A stretch of 19,568 nt of DNA from Gemmatimonadales bacterium (GCA_039794085.1 JBDIWC010000062.1:1-19568), one strand, 5' to 3'. Numbered from the stretch's first letter, positions 6,607-16,596 are shown. Notes: generated by a model not told the origin, from the sequence alone. Numbers and translations: made by a program.

Positions 6607-9422
6607 GCCGGCACCTCGGGAATGGGAAGGAGCACCCAGGCCCCGATCACATCCACCGGTTCCACCGCTCGGACGCTGTACTTGCCGCGAGCCCCCGAGG
6701 CGTCCCGCACCCGCCGGTGATCGGCCAGGAGGGTCTCGGCGCGAGCCCGGGCCACGCGAGCCAGCACACCGGCCAAGGCCTCCCGCTGGCCGGTGAGCCA
6801 TTCGAGCTGGCCGGCGCGCGGGTTGGCTGCGAGGGTGCCGGCCGGTTCCGCGAGGAGGAGCGCCGAGGCCTCGGCGTCGGTGAGAGGAGTCTCCTCACCG
6901 GCCACGACCGCAACGGGGAGTGCCTCCTCCACCATCGCGACGGTGGACACCCCCTCCCGGACGGTGGTCAGTTCGTGCCGAAGCCGGGCCAGGAGAAGCA
7001 CCGTGCGCCGGGTGACGGCCGCGGTGGGCCAGACACCGGTTCGCCCCAGGACGGCGGGATCACTGTGCACCCCATCCGCATCGAGGGTGCGTTCCAGCAG
7101 CGCCTCGGCGAGAGTCATGACCAGGGGATGACTCCGGCGCACCGGTATGGCATGGCCGGTGGCCCGATCACCAGGCACCACGCGGATCTTCCGCGCATCC
7201 AGGCCCTGGGCATCGAGCCGCTCGCGGATGGCGGGGGGGAGTTCTCCCAGCTCGATGGTCAGGATCCCGCGGGCGTTCTCCGCCGGTTCGCTCCCCAGGC
7301 GGGTACAGGCGCGCCGGAGGAAGCGGGCCAGTTCGGCCGGGTCGCCGAGCGCCTGCTGGGCCCGGTCGAACTCGGGTTGAACCTCGTCGGGCTTGAGCTT
7401 GCGCTGCGCGAACTTGGTGAAGGTCTTCCGGGCCCGCTCCTCGGCGTCGCGCCAGGCAGTCTCCATCGCCAGGCCCTCGGTGGTCTCGAAGAGGTCGAGG
7501 AGGATCTGGTCGCGCCCTCCGCCACTGCGCCGCCGGAGGAGCACCGCCTTGAGGAGCGCCTCGGTGAGCCGGTTCTCGTCGTCCGGCAGGGGCACGGCCA
7601 CGCCGAGCCGCTCGGCGATCTTCCTGGCCTTGCGGAGAATCACATCGAGGACGGCACCATCCACCGGATTGTTCTCGCCGATCATCAGGGTGGCGCGCAC
7701 CACGGGGCGGGTCTGGCCGAAGCGGTCCACCCGGCCCTCGCGCTGCTCATGGCGGGTGGGATTCCACGACAGGTCGTAGTGGACCACGGCATCGAAGTGT
7801 TCCTGCAGGTTCACGCCCTCGGAGAGGCAGTCGGTGGCCACGAGGAGACGGCGCTCGTGCTCGCCCATCGCGTCCACCGCCTCGCGCCGCGCCTCGGGTG
7901 GGAGTTCGCCGGTGACCACCGCGATCTGCACGTCCTGGAACCTGGTCCGGAGGCGTTCGGCCACGTGGTGCGCGGTGGCGATATAGTGACAGAACACGAT
8001 GGGGGAGAACCCCTCCTCGAGGAGTTGTTCGAGGTGGCGGGAGAGGGTGGCGAGTTTCGGGTCGTTCCCATCCCCGGCCAGAGTCACGGCCTGTCCCAGC
8101 AGCGCCCGGAGTTCGGGGTCTCCGGAGTCGGCACCCGGCTCGAGGTCGTCGGTCGCCTCACCGCCTGTTTCCTCGGCGTCGAGATCGAACACCTGAGCCG
8201 CGAGACGGTCCACCGCCTCGGGATCCTCCGGCCGGGCAAGGCGGGTGCGGAGGGCGCGGGCGGCCGCGGCCGGCGAGGAGGTGACACAGCGCAGGAGGGC
8301 GAGGGTGCCCCAGAAGGCGAGGCGCCGCTCCCGGGCACCCTCGCCCGCCCCCTCGGTGACTCCCTCGCAGTAGCTGAGCACTGCTTCGAGGAACTCCTCC
8401 CACGCGCCGGTCAGGCGGTAGGTGAGGTCCATCGTTTCGCGTTTCGGGAAGAGCTTCTCATCGTGCCACTCCCGGATGTCCAGGCGGCGGCGCTGCACCA
8501 GGTGGTGCGCCAGGCGGTCGCGGGTGGCGTCGGCGAGGGCGGAGTCCACTCCCTCCAGCGCGGCGAAGTCGGGATGCAGGAGGGCCAGGAGCCGGACGAA
8601 GGCGGTCTCGTCGCCGCTGTGGGGTGTCGCGGTGCAGAGAACGGCGTGACGCCGGGGGTCGTCGAGCAGGGTCTTGAGGAGGAGGTACCGCTGGTGCCGA
8701 GTGCCCGTGCCGGTGGTGCAGGTGTGGGCCTCGTCCACGACGATGGCCCCGGGGCAGCTCCGGGCAAATTCATCGCGCCGCCGGTCGCTCTTGATGTAGT
8801 CGAGGGAGACGACAGTGAAGGGATGGGCCTCGAAGAGTGACGTACCCTGGGGAAGGCCCCGTTCCAGCCGGCCGGCCGAACCGGCGGTGACGGCCTCGGC
8901 GGGGAGGTGGAACCGGGTGCGCATCTCCACCACCCACTGCTCCACGAGGTGGGGCGGGCAGAGCACGGCCAGCCGGCCGATTTCGCCCCGGTCATAGAGC
9001 TCCCGGGCGATGAGAAGCGCCTCGATGGTCTTGCCGAGTCCCACGTCGTCGGCGATGAGGAGGCGGACCGGCTCCTGCCGGAGCGCCATCATCAGTGGAA
9101 CGAGCTGATAGGGTCTTGGGGTGACGTCCACCTGCCCGAAGGAGCGGAAGGGACCTGCGCCGCGTCGGAGCGAGAGACGGAGCGCGTCGTGGAGGAGGAG
9201 CGCCTCGGTGTGGTTCCCTTCCCGGCCCTGGGACGGCCAGGGGAAGGCGGCGTCGGCGACGTCGGGTTCGAGCCCGGTGTGGATGGTGGTGGTGTCGTCC
9301 TCACTGCCCGAGAGGGGGCGGAGCCGGAGGAGCGGGCCCGCGCTGTCGGGCAGCACGACCCATTCGCGGCCTCGCGCGCGCACCAGGGTCCCGGGGACAT
9401 ACTGCCGGGCCGGGGCGGTCAT
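6603..9422 (-). CDS. SNF2-family helicase (DrmD/RapA-like), ~939 aa
   Basis: LLIADDVGLGKT (Walker A), VVDEAH, TATPH, SEGVNLQ and QREGRVDR; N-terminal GTLVRARGREWVV. The ATG at 9422 overlaps the upstream stop (ATGA). Confidence 0.93.
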   Translation of the reverse strand: MTAPARQYVPGTLVRARGREWVVLPDSAGPLLRLRPLSGSEDDTTTIHTGLEPDVADAAFPWPSQGREGNHTEALLLHDALRLSLRRGAGPFRSFGQVDVTPRPYQLVPLMMALRQEPVRLLIADDVGLGKTIEALLIARELYDRGEIGRLAVLCPPHLVEQWVVEMRTRFHLPAEAVTAGSAGRLERGLPQGTSLFEAHPFTVVSLDYIKSDRRRDEFARSCPGAIVVDEAHTCTTGTGTRHQRYLLLKTLLDDPRRHAVLCTATPHSGDETAFVRLLALLHPDFAALEGVDSALADATRDRLAHHLVQRRRLDIREWHDEKLFPKRETMDLTYRLTGAWEEFLEAVLSYCEGVTEGAGEGARERRLAFWGTLALLRCVTSSPAAAARALRTRLARPEDPEAVDRLAAQVFDLDAEETGGEATDDLEPGADSGDPELRALLGQAVTLAGDGNDPKLATLSRHLEQLLEEGFSPIVFCHYIATAHHVAERLRTRFQDVQIAVVTGELPPEARREAVDAMGEHERRLLVATDCLSEGVNLQEHFDAVVHYDLSWNPTRHEQREGRVDRFGQTRPVVRATLMIGENNPVDGAVLDVILRKARKIAERLGVAVPLPDDENRLTEALLKAVLLRRRSGGGRDQILLDLFETTEGLAMETAWRDAEERARKTFTKFAQRKLKPDEVQPEFDRAQQALGDPAELARFLRRACTRLGSEPAENARGILTIELGELPPAIRERLDAQGLDARKIRVVPGDRATGHAIPVRRSHPLVMTLAEALLERTLDADGVHSDPAVLGRTGVWPTAAVTRRTVLLLARLRHELTTVREGVSTVAMVEEALPVAVVAGEETPLTDAEASALLLAEPAGTLAANPRAGQLEWLTGQREALAGVLARVARARAETLLADHRRVRDASGARGKYSVRAVEPVDVIGAWVLLPIPEVPA

Positions 9423-12400
9423 GCGCCGTCCACCTTCAGATAATTTGCCAGCCGGGCAAAGCGGTCGGGCCACACCGACTCGTCGGCGGGAAAGATGAAC
9501 AGGGTGGTCCCTTCGAGGTCGAGCCGTTCCCGCACCGTGGCGGGGGTGTCGGGGAGGATCACCGCCGCATAGGAATGAGGCCAGCGCGGCGCCTGGTTGT
9601 CCTCCAGGATCCACCGCGGGAGTGTGACCCCATCGCGGTGCAGCGCCGCAAGCCACTTGCCCAGCCATCCGGAGGGGGGGGCCTCCTGCGCGGGGTCGGG
9701 CGGAGTCGGGAGGGAAGGGTCCGGTTGGGGACGGAGTTCGGCCCGGGTTCCCGCCAGACGGAGGAGGATGGTGCGGGCCTCGGCGTCGCGGCGATCCACC
9801 AGGTCGTGGTCGGGCTGATTGTAATAGGAGAGAAGACAGCGGTAGCAGGCGCTCACGCACGTGCTCTCCTCATCCCGCAGCTCGCCGACAGTGGGAGAGA
9901 TGGCGGGTCTTTCTTCCGGCAGGTCGAGATGCATGAGCCGCAAGGCCTCCCAGGCCACCTGACCCAGGGCCTCGGGTTCGTGCACCAGCCGGGTCAGCAC
10001 CCCGGCGCCCCCTTCGGTCGCTTCGTAGAAGAGGAGGCCGGTGCGGCGGTCGCGATCGGGGAGCGGCTCCACGAGGAGTTCTCCCTCCTCGAGCTGATAG
10101 ACCACGTCCAGGGCGCGGCGAAGGGCGTGCTGGAGCGTGGCCCGGGTCACATCGCTCATCCCGCCGTCCTCGACGAACCGCACGTGCAGGGCATTCTTCT
10201 GCTCCTGCACGAACGGCACCACCCGTTGCGGAGGAACCCTGCCCGGATCCGGGTCTCCGTCTCCCCCGTCCTCGTCCTCCGACTTGCTCCACCAGCCGGT
10301 GCGCGGATTGATGTGGAACCCGTGGACCCGCCGTTCCTTCCGGCGCCGGAGTCCGAGATTGATGCGGGTGACGGTGGCGGACGCGGCGTACTGCATCACC
10401 AGGATCGGCCCCGCGGCATCGTCCACCGGCACGGTCTGCACGCTGATGCTCCCGCCCCGCTCGGGCCAGCGGAAGGTGGTGATGAGTTCGAAACCCTGGC
10501 GCTGGCGTTCCTCGTCGTCGGCGGTGATCCGCTGCGTCGGCCGGGTGTCCACATGCTCGATCCGGAGGAGACTCCTGACCATCATGGCGTCGCCGAGCCC
10601 TTCGCCGCAGGCGTGGCATTCGTTGTGGTGGGCCTCGAAGTGGCTTGCGCCGCAGCATCGGCAGATGCGGACCTCCTGCACCGGGAGCTGCCCCGCCTCG
10701 GGGCTGGCGCCTTCGGTCTGGCCACCCAGCCGAACCCGCATCACCCGATAGGTGCGTCCCTCATGATAGACCAGGGCCCGGGGGCCAAACTCCGCGAGAG
10801 CGAGGAACCGGGGGCGCTGAACATAGGCCTGTTCCTTGTCCCGTTCGCCCGGAATGCAGGCCAGCAAGGGGAGGCGCGGAAAGTTGTACCCGGGAAGAAA
10901 CCCCTCGGTGGCCAGGTAGCGGTAGAGGTAGAAGTCGCTGGTGCTGGTCTCGCTTCCGTCCCGGAGGGCCTGGATCAGGTCGGCGGCGATGTTCTGATCC
11001 CGCTTGGCCTGATCGTAGGCCTTGCGGTCCCGGGTGTGGTCGTCGAGCACCTTGCGGGCCTCGTCGCGCTGGCGCAGGGCGCTCCGATAGAGGGACCGCC
11101 ACCGGTCGAAGGCGCGCTCGAACTGCTCCAGTGCGCCCGAGGTGATCTGGGCGGCGAACTCGTCGCGGCCCGGGTACCACGGGGCCCGGTCAGGGGTCAG
11201 CTCCTCCGCCAGCAGGTCGAGGATGCGTCCCGAGCTGGCCGCCGCGGCTTGGGCCGCCTCGGTCCGTGCCAGGGCGGTGCGCAACGCTGCGTCCACCGGC
11301 TCTTCCACCCCCGGCGTGAGGTCGAGCACCTCCGCGATCGCGGTGGGCAACGGCTGTTCCGACGAGGCCAGCCAGACCGCCTGGAGGTGGGACGCGATCA
11401 GGTCCCGGTTGGCCAGGTCGAGCAGCGGGGGCCGGACCTCGCCATGCACCATGTCCTGCTGCCGCCGGAAAAAGTACTGATCGTGCGGTCCCCGGGCCGA
11501 GCAGTAGGTCACGACCAGGGCTGCCATGCCACTCCGCCCGGCGCGCCCGCTCCGCTGAGCGTAGTTCGCGGGTGTCGGGGGCACGTTGCGAAGATAGACG
11601 GCATTGAGCGCCGAGATGTCCACCCCCAGTTCCATGGTGGGGGAACAGAAGAGGAGGGGGAGGAAGGTCGGACGCTCCCCCTCCTCTCGCGCCGTCGTCG
11701 TGGTGCGCAGTTCCCGTTGTTCTCCCTCGCCGAACCGGAAGCGCTTTTCGCGGAGAGCGCGCCGCACATTGGGCACCTGGGCGGTGTGGGCCTGGGCCTC
11801 GAAGCCGAAGAGCGGGTTGTCGGCCCCGCGCAACTGCTCCACGACGTTCCGGTAGAAGGCGACGAAGAACGGATTCGCGCCCTCGTCGGGGTCACCGGCG
11901 TGATACCGGACCGTGTCGGCGGCGAGGCGCCATCCCGGGATCCGGAACGGCGTCGAGGGTTCGTGCGTGACGAATCCGTGGAAGCGCAGGAACTCGAGCG
12001 TGGCCGAGAGGAGGGCGTCGTAGTCGGCCCGGCTCGGAGTCCAGGCACCCTGCTGGCCCCAGAGCTCCGCCCGGCGGAGCGTCCTGCCGAAGCCCGTCTG
12101 GAAGCCGCCCCGGAGGAGGCGATCCCGGTCCTTGGCACTGGCCGTCTTCGGCGCCCCCACGGTCATCCAGGTGGGAACCCGAGGGTGTTCATCGGGGGCG
12201 ATGGCCCATCCCGGTTGAAGCCTGTTCCGGCTGGCCTCCTGCAGCTTCTCGAACTCGACCCGCTCGAAGGCCGGCGCCTCGACGGCGGATCCGAGCCGAA
12301 GGTGATCCAGAATGGTGCGGAACACATTGTACCGGGTCTCCGGGGTGGCGCCCGCGAGTGTGCCCGGAGCGCGTGCCATGGCCGCGTCGTCCGCCACCAG

Positions 12401-14722
12401 ATCGCGGAGCCGGTGGTACTCCACCCGGAGGAGGCCCAGACGTTCGAGGGTGGGATTGGTATAGCGCCATCCCCGCCGCTGGTCGAGCCACACCCGGTAG
12501 GCCAGCACCTTGCGCAGCACGGCCGCATCATCCTCGAACTTCCCTGGCGAGACATCGGGATCCGCCATCCAGGTGGCCCGGTGGGACTGGTCCGCGGGGA
12601 CACCCGGAGGAAGCGGCGCGTCAAATCCCAGCGCCCGCTGCACCGCGGCCCCGATCTCAGCGAGGGTGAGTCCCGCGTCTCCGGCGTCGGCCGCGGCGCG
12701 CAGCATCGCCCCCCGCAGAAGAGCCACGAAGATGAAGTCGTTGAAGTGCCCGGCCTGCAGGGCCGCATCCTGGCGGTTATCGGTGAAACCGAGCAGTTTG
12801 CGGCTGTGGCGGGTGAGGGCATCCTCCCGGTGCATCCAGCTCAGTGCAGACCAGGTGAGGACGGTGGTGGCCGAGGAGCGCCCCTCGGCGGAGAGGGAAG
12901 CGAGGCGGGTCATGTCCTTCCCCTGTGCCCCCCAGACCTCACGGCATCGCAGGCAGTAGCGGAACTTGCCGGGCGTGAACCAGGCGGGCTGGCCCTCCCC
13001 GGCAACGGTTCCGTCCGGTGCCACCGCCACGCCCACCGCCTTGTACCTCCGGTAGTTCGCCTTGAGCCGCAGAGATCCATCCTTCCGTTCCTCCAGCCAC
13101 TCCTCCGGGTAGTCGGAGTCCTCCCCGCTGAACGTGAACCCGGGGTCATCGGCCGGCTCGAGGGTGAGGAATCCCAGAACCTCTCGCTCTCCATCCTCGG
13201 TCGTGTCGTCCTCATCGTCGGCGGCGCGCAGGGGAGCATCATCGATGCTGCGGGGCAGAAAACAGAGTTCGGGGGATTCCCGGCGGCGGACCGGATGGTA
13301 CTCGTGTCCGCAGAGACGGCAGAAATGGGTCTCGTAGAGCCGGACTCCCGGTTCACCGGGCAGGAAAGGTTGTGCGTCGAGACTCACCCTCCGCGTTCCC
13401 GGCCGTTCCAGCGTGGTGTACGCCGTCCCGGCACCGGAGAAGAACTGGTGCAGCTTGAACGCGAAGAACGGTTTGTCGTTGCCGGCCGGGTTCCCGGTCC
13501 GCTCCCGCTCCGGGCGCGCCGCAACGAGGAGAAGGTCTGTCAGGGCGCGTTCGCAGTCGCTCCGCGGCACACCCGAGCTCTCCGCAAGCAGGTCCACCGC
13601 CTCCCGCATGGTCCGGGGTCTGGTGCGGAACCACTTCCCGTCGGGTTGCCGGGTGATTCCGATCGTGGTTTCGACCCAGACCGCGAGGGGGTGCCGGGCG
13701 ATATCCTGGTCGGTCATCTTCTCGGGGATCCCCGACTCGATGGCGGCCGCGAGACGGGGTGCGACGGTGTCCGCCGTCTCGTTGGTGTCGGTGGCGCGGA
13801 TCAGGGTTTCGGTCACCACGTTGGTCGGCGGGATCGTCGTGGCGAAGATGCGGGATGCCACCCGGGCGATCGCCTCCTTCCGATCCGTGAAGCTCCCTTC
13901 CGAGGCCATCGTCGCCGAGGTCCCGACGCAGATCAGACCGGGGGCGGCGAGGCGCTCCCGGACGCGGCGGACCAGCATCGCCACATCCGCTCCCTGGCGT
14001 CCCCGGTAGGTGTGCAATTCGTCGAGAACGAGGAACTCGAGTGGGGCGCAGTTGGCCATCACCTGACGGTCGAGTTCATCCTGCCGGGTCATCAGGAGCT
14101 CGAGCATCATGAAGTTGGTCATCAGGATGTCAGGCGGGTTGTTCCGGATGCGCTCCCGCTCCTCGGCGCTCTCCTGGCCGGTGTACCGCGCATAGGACAC
14201 CAAGGGCGGGGACCAGCGCCCGGGGAACTTGCCGAGTTCTTCGACCTGTGAATTGGCCAGCGCATTCATCGGGTAGACGATGAGTGCCCGGGTGCGGGGG
14301 GTGTTGTCCCGGGCCTTGGCGCGGAGGATCGCGTCGATCAGGGGGATGAAGAAGCAGAGGGACTTTCCGGACCCCGTGCCGGTGGTGACGACGAAGCTCT
14401 CCCGCTGCCCGGCGAGGGCCAAGGCCTGGCGCTGGTGGGTATGGAGAGTCAGGGGGCTCCCGGCCCCGGTGGCGCTCCGGTCATCGGTCCGGAAGATCCG
14501 GCCGGTATCGGAGTGGAGCGTTCCCTGCCGGACCAGAGTATCCACGTCCTCGGCGGGCTGGAACAGGGGATTGAGCTGCACGAGGGGGTCGGGCCAGTAG
14601 CGCCCGCCCTGGTAGGCGAGTTCCACCTGGGAGCGAATGTCATCCGCCCGGATGGTGGTGAACGATCGCGCAAAGCGCTGATAGTCCTCAACGAGGGTGT
14701 CGCGGAGGTTGAAGACGTCCAC
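9419..14722 (-). CDS. Large DEAD/DEAH SF2 helicase with C-terminal DUF1998-like Zn domain (YprA/DruE/DrmA+B-like), 1767 aa
   Basis: TTGTGSGKS, YPMNALANSQ, LDELH, TSAT, SPTMELGVDI and QRSGRAGR. Cys pairs CRLC, CLRC and CRCC..CHAC; EATEGGAGVL and CVSACYRCL (DUF1998-like). GTG start with GGAG 7 nt upstream. Confidence 0.93.
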   Translation of the reverse strand: MDVFNLRDTLVEDYQRFARSFTTIRADDIRSQVELAYQGGRYWPDPLVQLNPLFQPAEDVDTLVRQGTLHSDTGRIFRTDDRSATGAGSPLTLHTHQRQALALAGQRESFVVTTGTGSGKSLCFFIPLIDAILRAKARDNTPRTRALIVYPMNALANSQVEELGKFPGRWSPPLVSYARYTGQESAEERERIRNNPPDILMTNFMMLELLMTRQDELDRQVMANCAPLEFLVLDELHTYRGRQGADVAMLVRRVRERLAAPGLICVGTSATMASEGSFTDRKEAIARVASRIFATTIPPTNVVTETLIRATDTNETADTVAPRLAAAIESGIPEKMTDQDIARHPLAVWVETTIGITRQPDGKWFRTRPRTMREAVDLLAESSGVPRSDCERALTDLLLVAARPERERTGNPAGNDKPFFAFKLHQFFSGAGTAYTTLERPGTRRVSLDAQPFLPGEPGVRLYETHFCRLCGHEYHPVRRRESPELCFLPRSIDDAPLRAADDEDDTTEDGEREVLGFLTLEPADDPGFTFSGEDSDYPEEWLEERKDGSLRLKANYRRYKAVGVAVAPDGTVAGEGQPAWFTPGKFRYCLRCREVWGAQGKDMTRLASLSAEGRSSATTVLTWSALSWMHREDALTRHSRKLLGFTDNRQDAALQAGHFNDFIFVALLRGAMLRAAADAGDAGLTLAEIGAAVQRALGFDAPLPPGVPADQSHRATWMADPDVSPGKFEDDAAVLRKVLAYRVWLDQRRGWRYTNPTLERLGLLRVEYHRLRDLVADDAAMARAPGTLAGATPETRYNVFRTILDHLRLGSAVEAPAFERVEFEKLQEASRNRLQPGWAIAPDEHPRVPTWMTVGAPKTASAKDRDRLLRGGFQTGFGRTLRRAELWGQQGAWTPSRADYDALLSATLEFLRFHGFVTHEPSTPFRIPGWRLAADTVRYHAGDPDEGANPFFVAFYRNVVEQLRGADNPLFGFEAQAHTAQVPNVRRALREKRFRFGEGEQRELRTTTTAREEGERPTFLPLLFCSPTMELGVDISALNAVYLRNVPPTPANYAQRSGRAGRSGMAALVVTYCSARGPHDQYFFRRQQDMVHGEVRPPLLDLANRDLIASHLQAVWLASSEQPLPTAIAEVLDLTPGVEEPVDAALRTALARTEAAQAAAASSGRILDLLAEELTPDRAPWYPGRDEFAAQITSGALEQFERAFDRWRSLYRSALRQRDEARKVLDDHTRDRKAYDQAKRDQNIAADLIQALRDGSETSTSDFYLYRYLATEGFLPGYNFPRLPLLACIPGERDKEQAYVQRPRFLALAEFGPRALVYHEGRTYRVMRVRLGGQTEGASPEAGQLPVQEVRICRCCGASHFEAHHNECHACGEGLGDAMMVRSLLRIEHVDTRPTQRITADDEERQRQGFELITTFRWPERGGSISVQTVPVDDAAGPILVMQYAASATVTRINLGLRRRKERRVHGFHINPRTGWWSKSEDEDGGDGDPDPGRVPPQRVVPFVQEQKNALHVRFVEDGGMSDVTRATLQHALRRALDVVYQLEEGELLVEPLPDRDRRTGLLFYEATEGGAGVLTRLVHEPEALGQVAWEALRLMHLDLPEERPAISPTVGELRDEESTCVSACYRCLLSYYNQPDHDLVDRRDAEARTILLRLAGTRAELRPQPDPSLPTPPDPAQEAPPSGWLGKWLAALHRDGVTLPRWILEDNQAPRWPHSYAAVILPDTPATVRERLDLEGTTLFIFPADESVWPDRFARLANYLKVDGA

Positions 14723-14806
14723 GGGTGGTCTCCGCAGGCCCGGGCCGACACCACATCCGGTGGGGCCAGGAACCTGCTTCAGGGTTGGTTGGGCTACTGA
14801 TAACTC

Positions 14807-14815
14807 AAATTAGCA
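14807..14815 (-). promoter_or_regulatory. Possible extended -10 promoter of the defence operon
   Basis: TG-C-TAATTT in a short AT-rich patch ~85 nt upstream of the helicase start; no clear -35. Confidence 0.3.
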
Positions 14816-14987
14816 CAGGGCTGCGACAAACACCTCCCCCTGGGGAGTTTTCCCAGTGTCCCCCTGGGCGTTCCCTTCAGCGCTGGGCCCCGGCCTCGGC
14901 GAACCGGATGAGTATTCCCATGAAGGCTCCCCCCCTGGATTCCTGCCTATCCCCCGTGGAGCGGTCGGGCACCCGTCGGTTTCGGGC

Positions 14988-15962
14988 TCAGGTTCCCGTC
15001 TCGGATGCACCCTGCCGTTCGCGCCATCGAAGCGCGAGTGCGCTTGGCCGGAACTTCTCGTTTGCCGGCAGGTCCAGCCTTTGCCCGTCGAATTGCCCGT
15101 ACTCACCCCCCTTGAGCGTTGCATCCATCACGACCCGGTAGTCGGCCGGCTCCACATTGAGGAGGCCGAGGTCGAACAGGGTGTGGAGGTCGCTCCGGAG
15201 AAGGATGCCGTTGGTCACGGCCTGGGTGTCGTCTCCCCGGTACGGGTAGATATGGGCCGCCTCCAAAACCTCCACCGTGGAGCACCCCGAGATGGCACAT
15301 CGTTCCCCGTAGGCCTCGAGAAGTGCCTTCCGAAATGCGGTTTGTCCCCGCCGGTCCTTGATCGAGGCGAGGCGTCGCTCTTCGTCCGCATCGATGGCGT
15401 CGGGGTCAAATTCTGCCCCGGTGAGGGCGTCCGCTTCCGCGTCACCCGTGCCGAATCCCCCTACCGTCGTCGCGGCCAGCGCACCTGGTGGAGGATTGCG
15501 AGCCTGAGAAGGAAGTCTTCCGTCCGCCACCCGAACATCCCGGAGAGCGGCTCCAACCAGATCCAGCAATTCGCTCACGTTCGCAGGGTTCGCCAGAAAC
15601 GGGAGCTTGATGACCCCGTACCTTCCGGGCTTACCTCCCATACCGGGTACGAGACGACTCAGCGAGGCTTGGTACGAATCCATGCGTTCCTGTGAGTTGA
15701 AAGGGGCGACTCTACCGAGATCGTAGTAAATGAGGTCAATCTGGCCGTCCCTCGCATTGAAGGAAAGAACTTTTACTTGCCCGTTTCTCCCGTCGTCATG
15801 GGAAACATACAGATGATAGGTAGGAGCCTTGTCCGTTGCCGGAGGTGTCAGCACCACATCTCCATGGACTTTGCTCTGATCCATGATCCATCTCATCACC
15901 ACTTCCTGCGACTTCAGTTTGTCCTTGAGCCACGCACGGGAGAACCTATCGAGGTCGACCAT
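14988..15962 (-). CDS. HNH endonuclease with unrecognised N-terminal domain (putative type IV-like restriction nuclease), 324 aa
   Basis: C-terminal RRGQTAFRKALLEAYGERCAISGC...LEAAHIYPY...NGILLRSDLHTLFD; AAGGA upstream of the ATG. Confidence 0.9.
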   Translation of the reverse strand: MVDLDRFSRAWLKDKLKSQEVVMRWIMDQSKVHGDVVLTPPATDKAPTYHLYVSHDDGRNGQVKVLSFNARDGQIDLIYYDLGRVAPFNSQERMDSYQASLSRLVPGMGGKPGRYGVIKLPFLANPANVSELLDLVGAALRDVRVADGRLPSQARNPPPGALAATTVGGFGTGDAEADALTGAEFDPDAIDADEERRLASIKDRRGQTAFRKALLEAYGERCAISGCSTVEVLEAAHIYPYRGDDTQAVTNGILLRSDLHTLFDLGLLNVEPADYRVVMDATLKGGEYGQFDGQRLDLPANEKFRPSALALRWRERQGASETGT

Positions 15963-16143
15963 TTATAACGTTCCTTAATTGGGCAAAGGGGTGACCGATG
16001 TGATCCTGACAACCGACGCCTAGATTCAGATGCCGGTCCCGGCGCAGTCGTCTTCATGCCGGCAGCTCGTCACGAGACACATGAGTTCATGGTGGCACCA
16101 CACGAGGTAATGCTCGATCCAATGTAGCGTGGGGGTGTGACAA

Positions 16144-16236
16144 TCACACCTCGATCGTCACCTCGCGGACAGTCGTCGGTTCCCAGACCGGCGGAACAGA
16201 GCCCCGTCCCGAGGGAAGTCCATCAGCCTCGCTCAT
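16144..16236 (-). pseudogene. Probable remnant of a HEPN (DUF86) toxin gene
   Basis: An ATG overlapping the MNT 3' end reads MSEAD..., at the position where the HEPN partner normally starts. The frame ends after 30 aa with no RxxxxH motif. Confidence 0.4.
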
Positions 16237-16528
16237 ACTGCGTCTCGGCGGTTCGGATGACCTGGTCTCTGAAATGATGCGACAGGTCCCGCGGGGTCCG
16301 GAGATCCACCTTGCGACTCCCGAACAGGCCCGCAAGCTCGATCTCCATTCCCGCCATCGCTATGAGCCCGGGCTCCCGCCCCGGCTCGAACTCAACCAGG
16401 AGGTCGATATCGCTGTCGGGACCCGCCGTGCCCGCCAGCACGGATCCAAAGAGCGACAGCTTCCGGATGCTGCGGCTGCGGCAGTAATCGGCCAGTATCC
16501 CGGGTGCGACGGGCAGACGAATGTTCAT
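16223..16528 (-). CDS. Minimal nucleotidyltransferase (MNT/MntA-type antitoxin), ~101 aa
   Basis: LSLFGSVL...DSDIDLLVEF and KVDL motifs; GGAG RBS before the ATG at 16528. Confidence 0.92.
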   Translation of the reverse strand: MNIRLPVAPGILADYCRSRSIRKLSLFGSVLAGTAGPDSDIDLLVEFEPGREPGLIAMAGMEIELAGLFGSRKVDLRTPRDLSHHFRDQVIRTAETQYERG

Positions 16529-16596
16529 CAGATTTCTCCGCGGTACGTCAGGTGCCGGGGTGCGACTCCCCCCCGAATCTCGGCCTTCGAAATCAT
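16528..16596 (-). pseudogene. Probable remnant of an AbiEii toxin gene (22 codons)
   Basis: ATGA overlap with the abiEi stop; reads MISKAEIRGGVAPRHLTYRGEI*; its stop overlaps the MNT ATG (TGATG). MISKAEI resembles AbiEii N-termini as I recall them. Confidence 0.45.

Noticed and set aside
3976..8840. 914-aa and 749-aa plus-strand ORFs
   Set aside because: Antisense shadows of the methyltransferase and SNF2 genes; low-complexity R/G/P-rich translations.
9423..9860. ORF-track N-terminal extension of the SNF2 gene (likewise 6607-6801 for the methylase and 16529-16621 for MNT)
   Set aside because: The extensions overlap upstream genes and are not protein-like; stop/start overlaps or RBSs give better starts.
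9575..14251. 1558-aa plus-strand ORF
   Set aside because: Antisense shadow of the helicase gene caused by high-GC codon bias; no motifs.
1880..14722. Calling the operon canonical DISARM, Druantia or BREX
   Set aside because: No separate drmB/drmC, no druA-D or druH-like partners recognised, and no PglZ or BrxC motifs.
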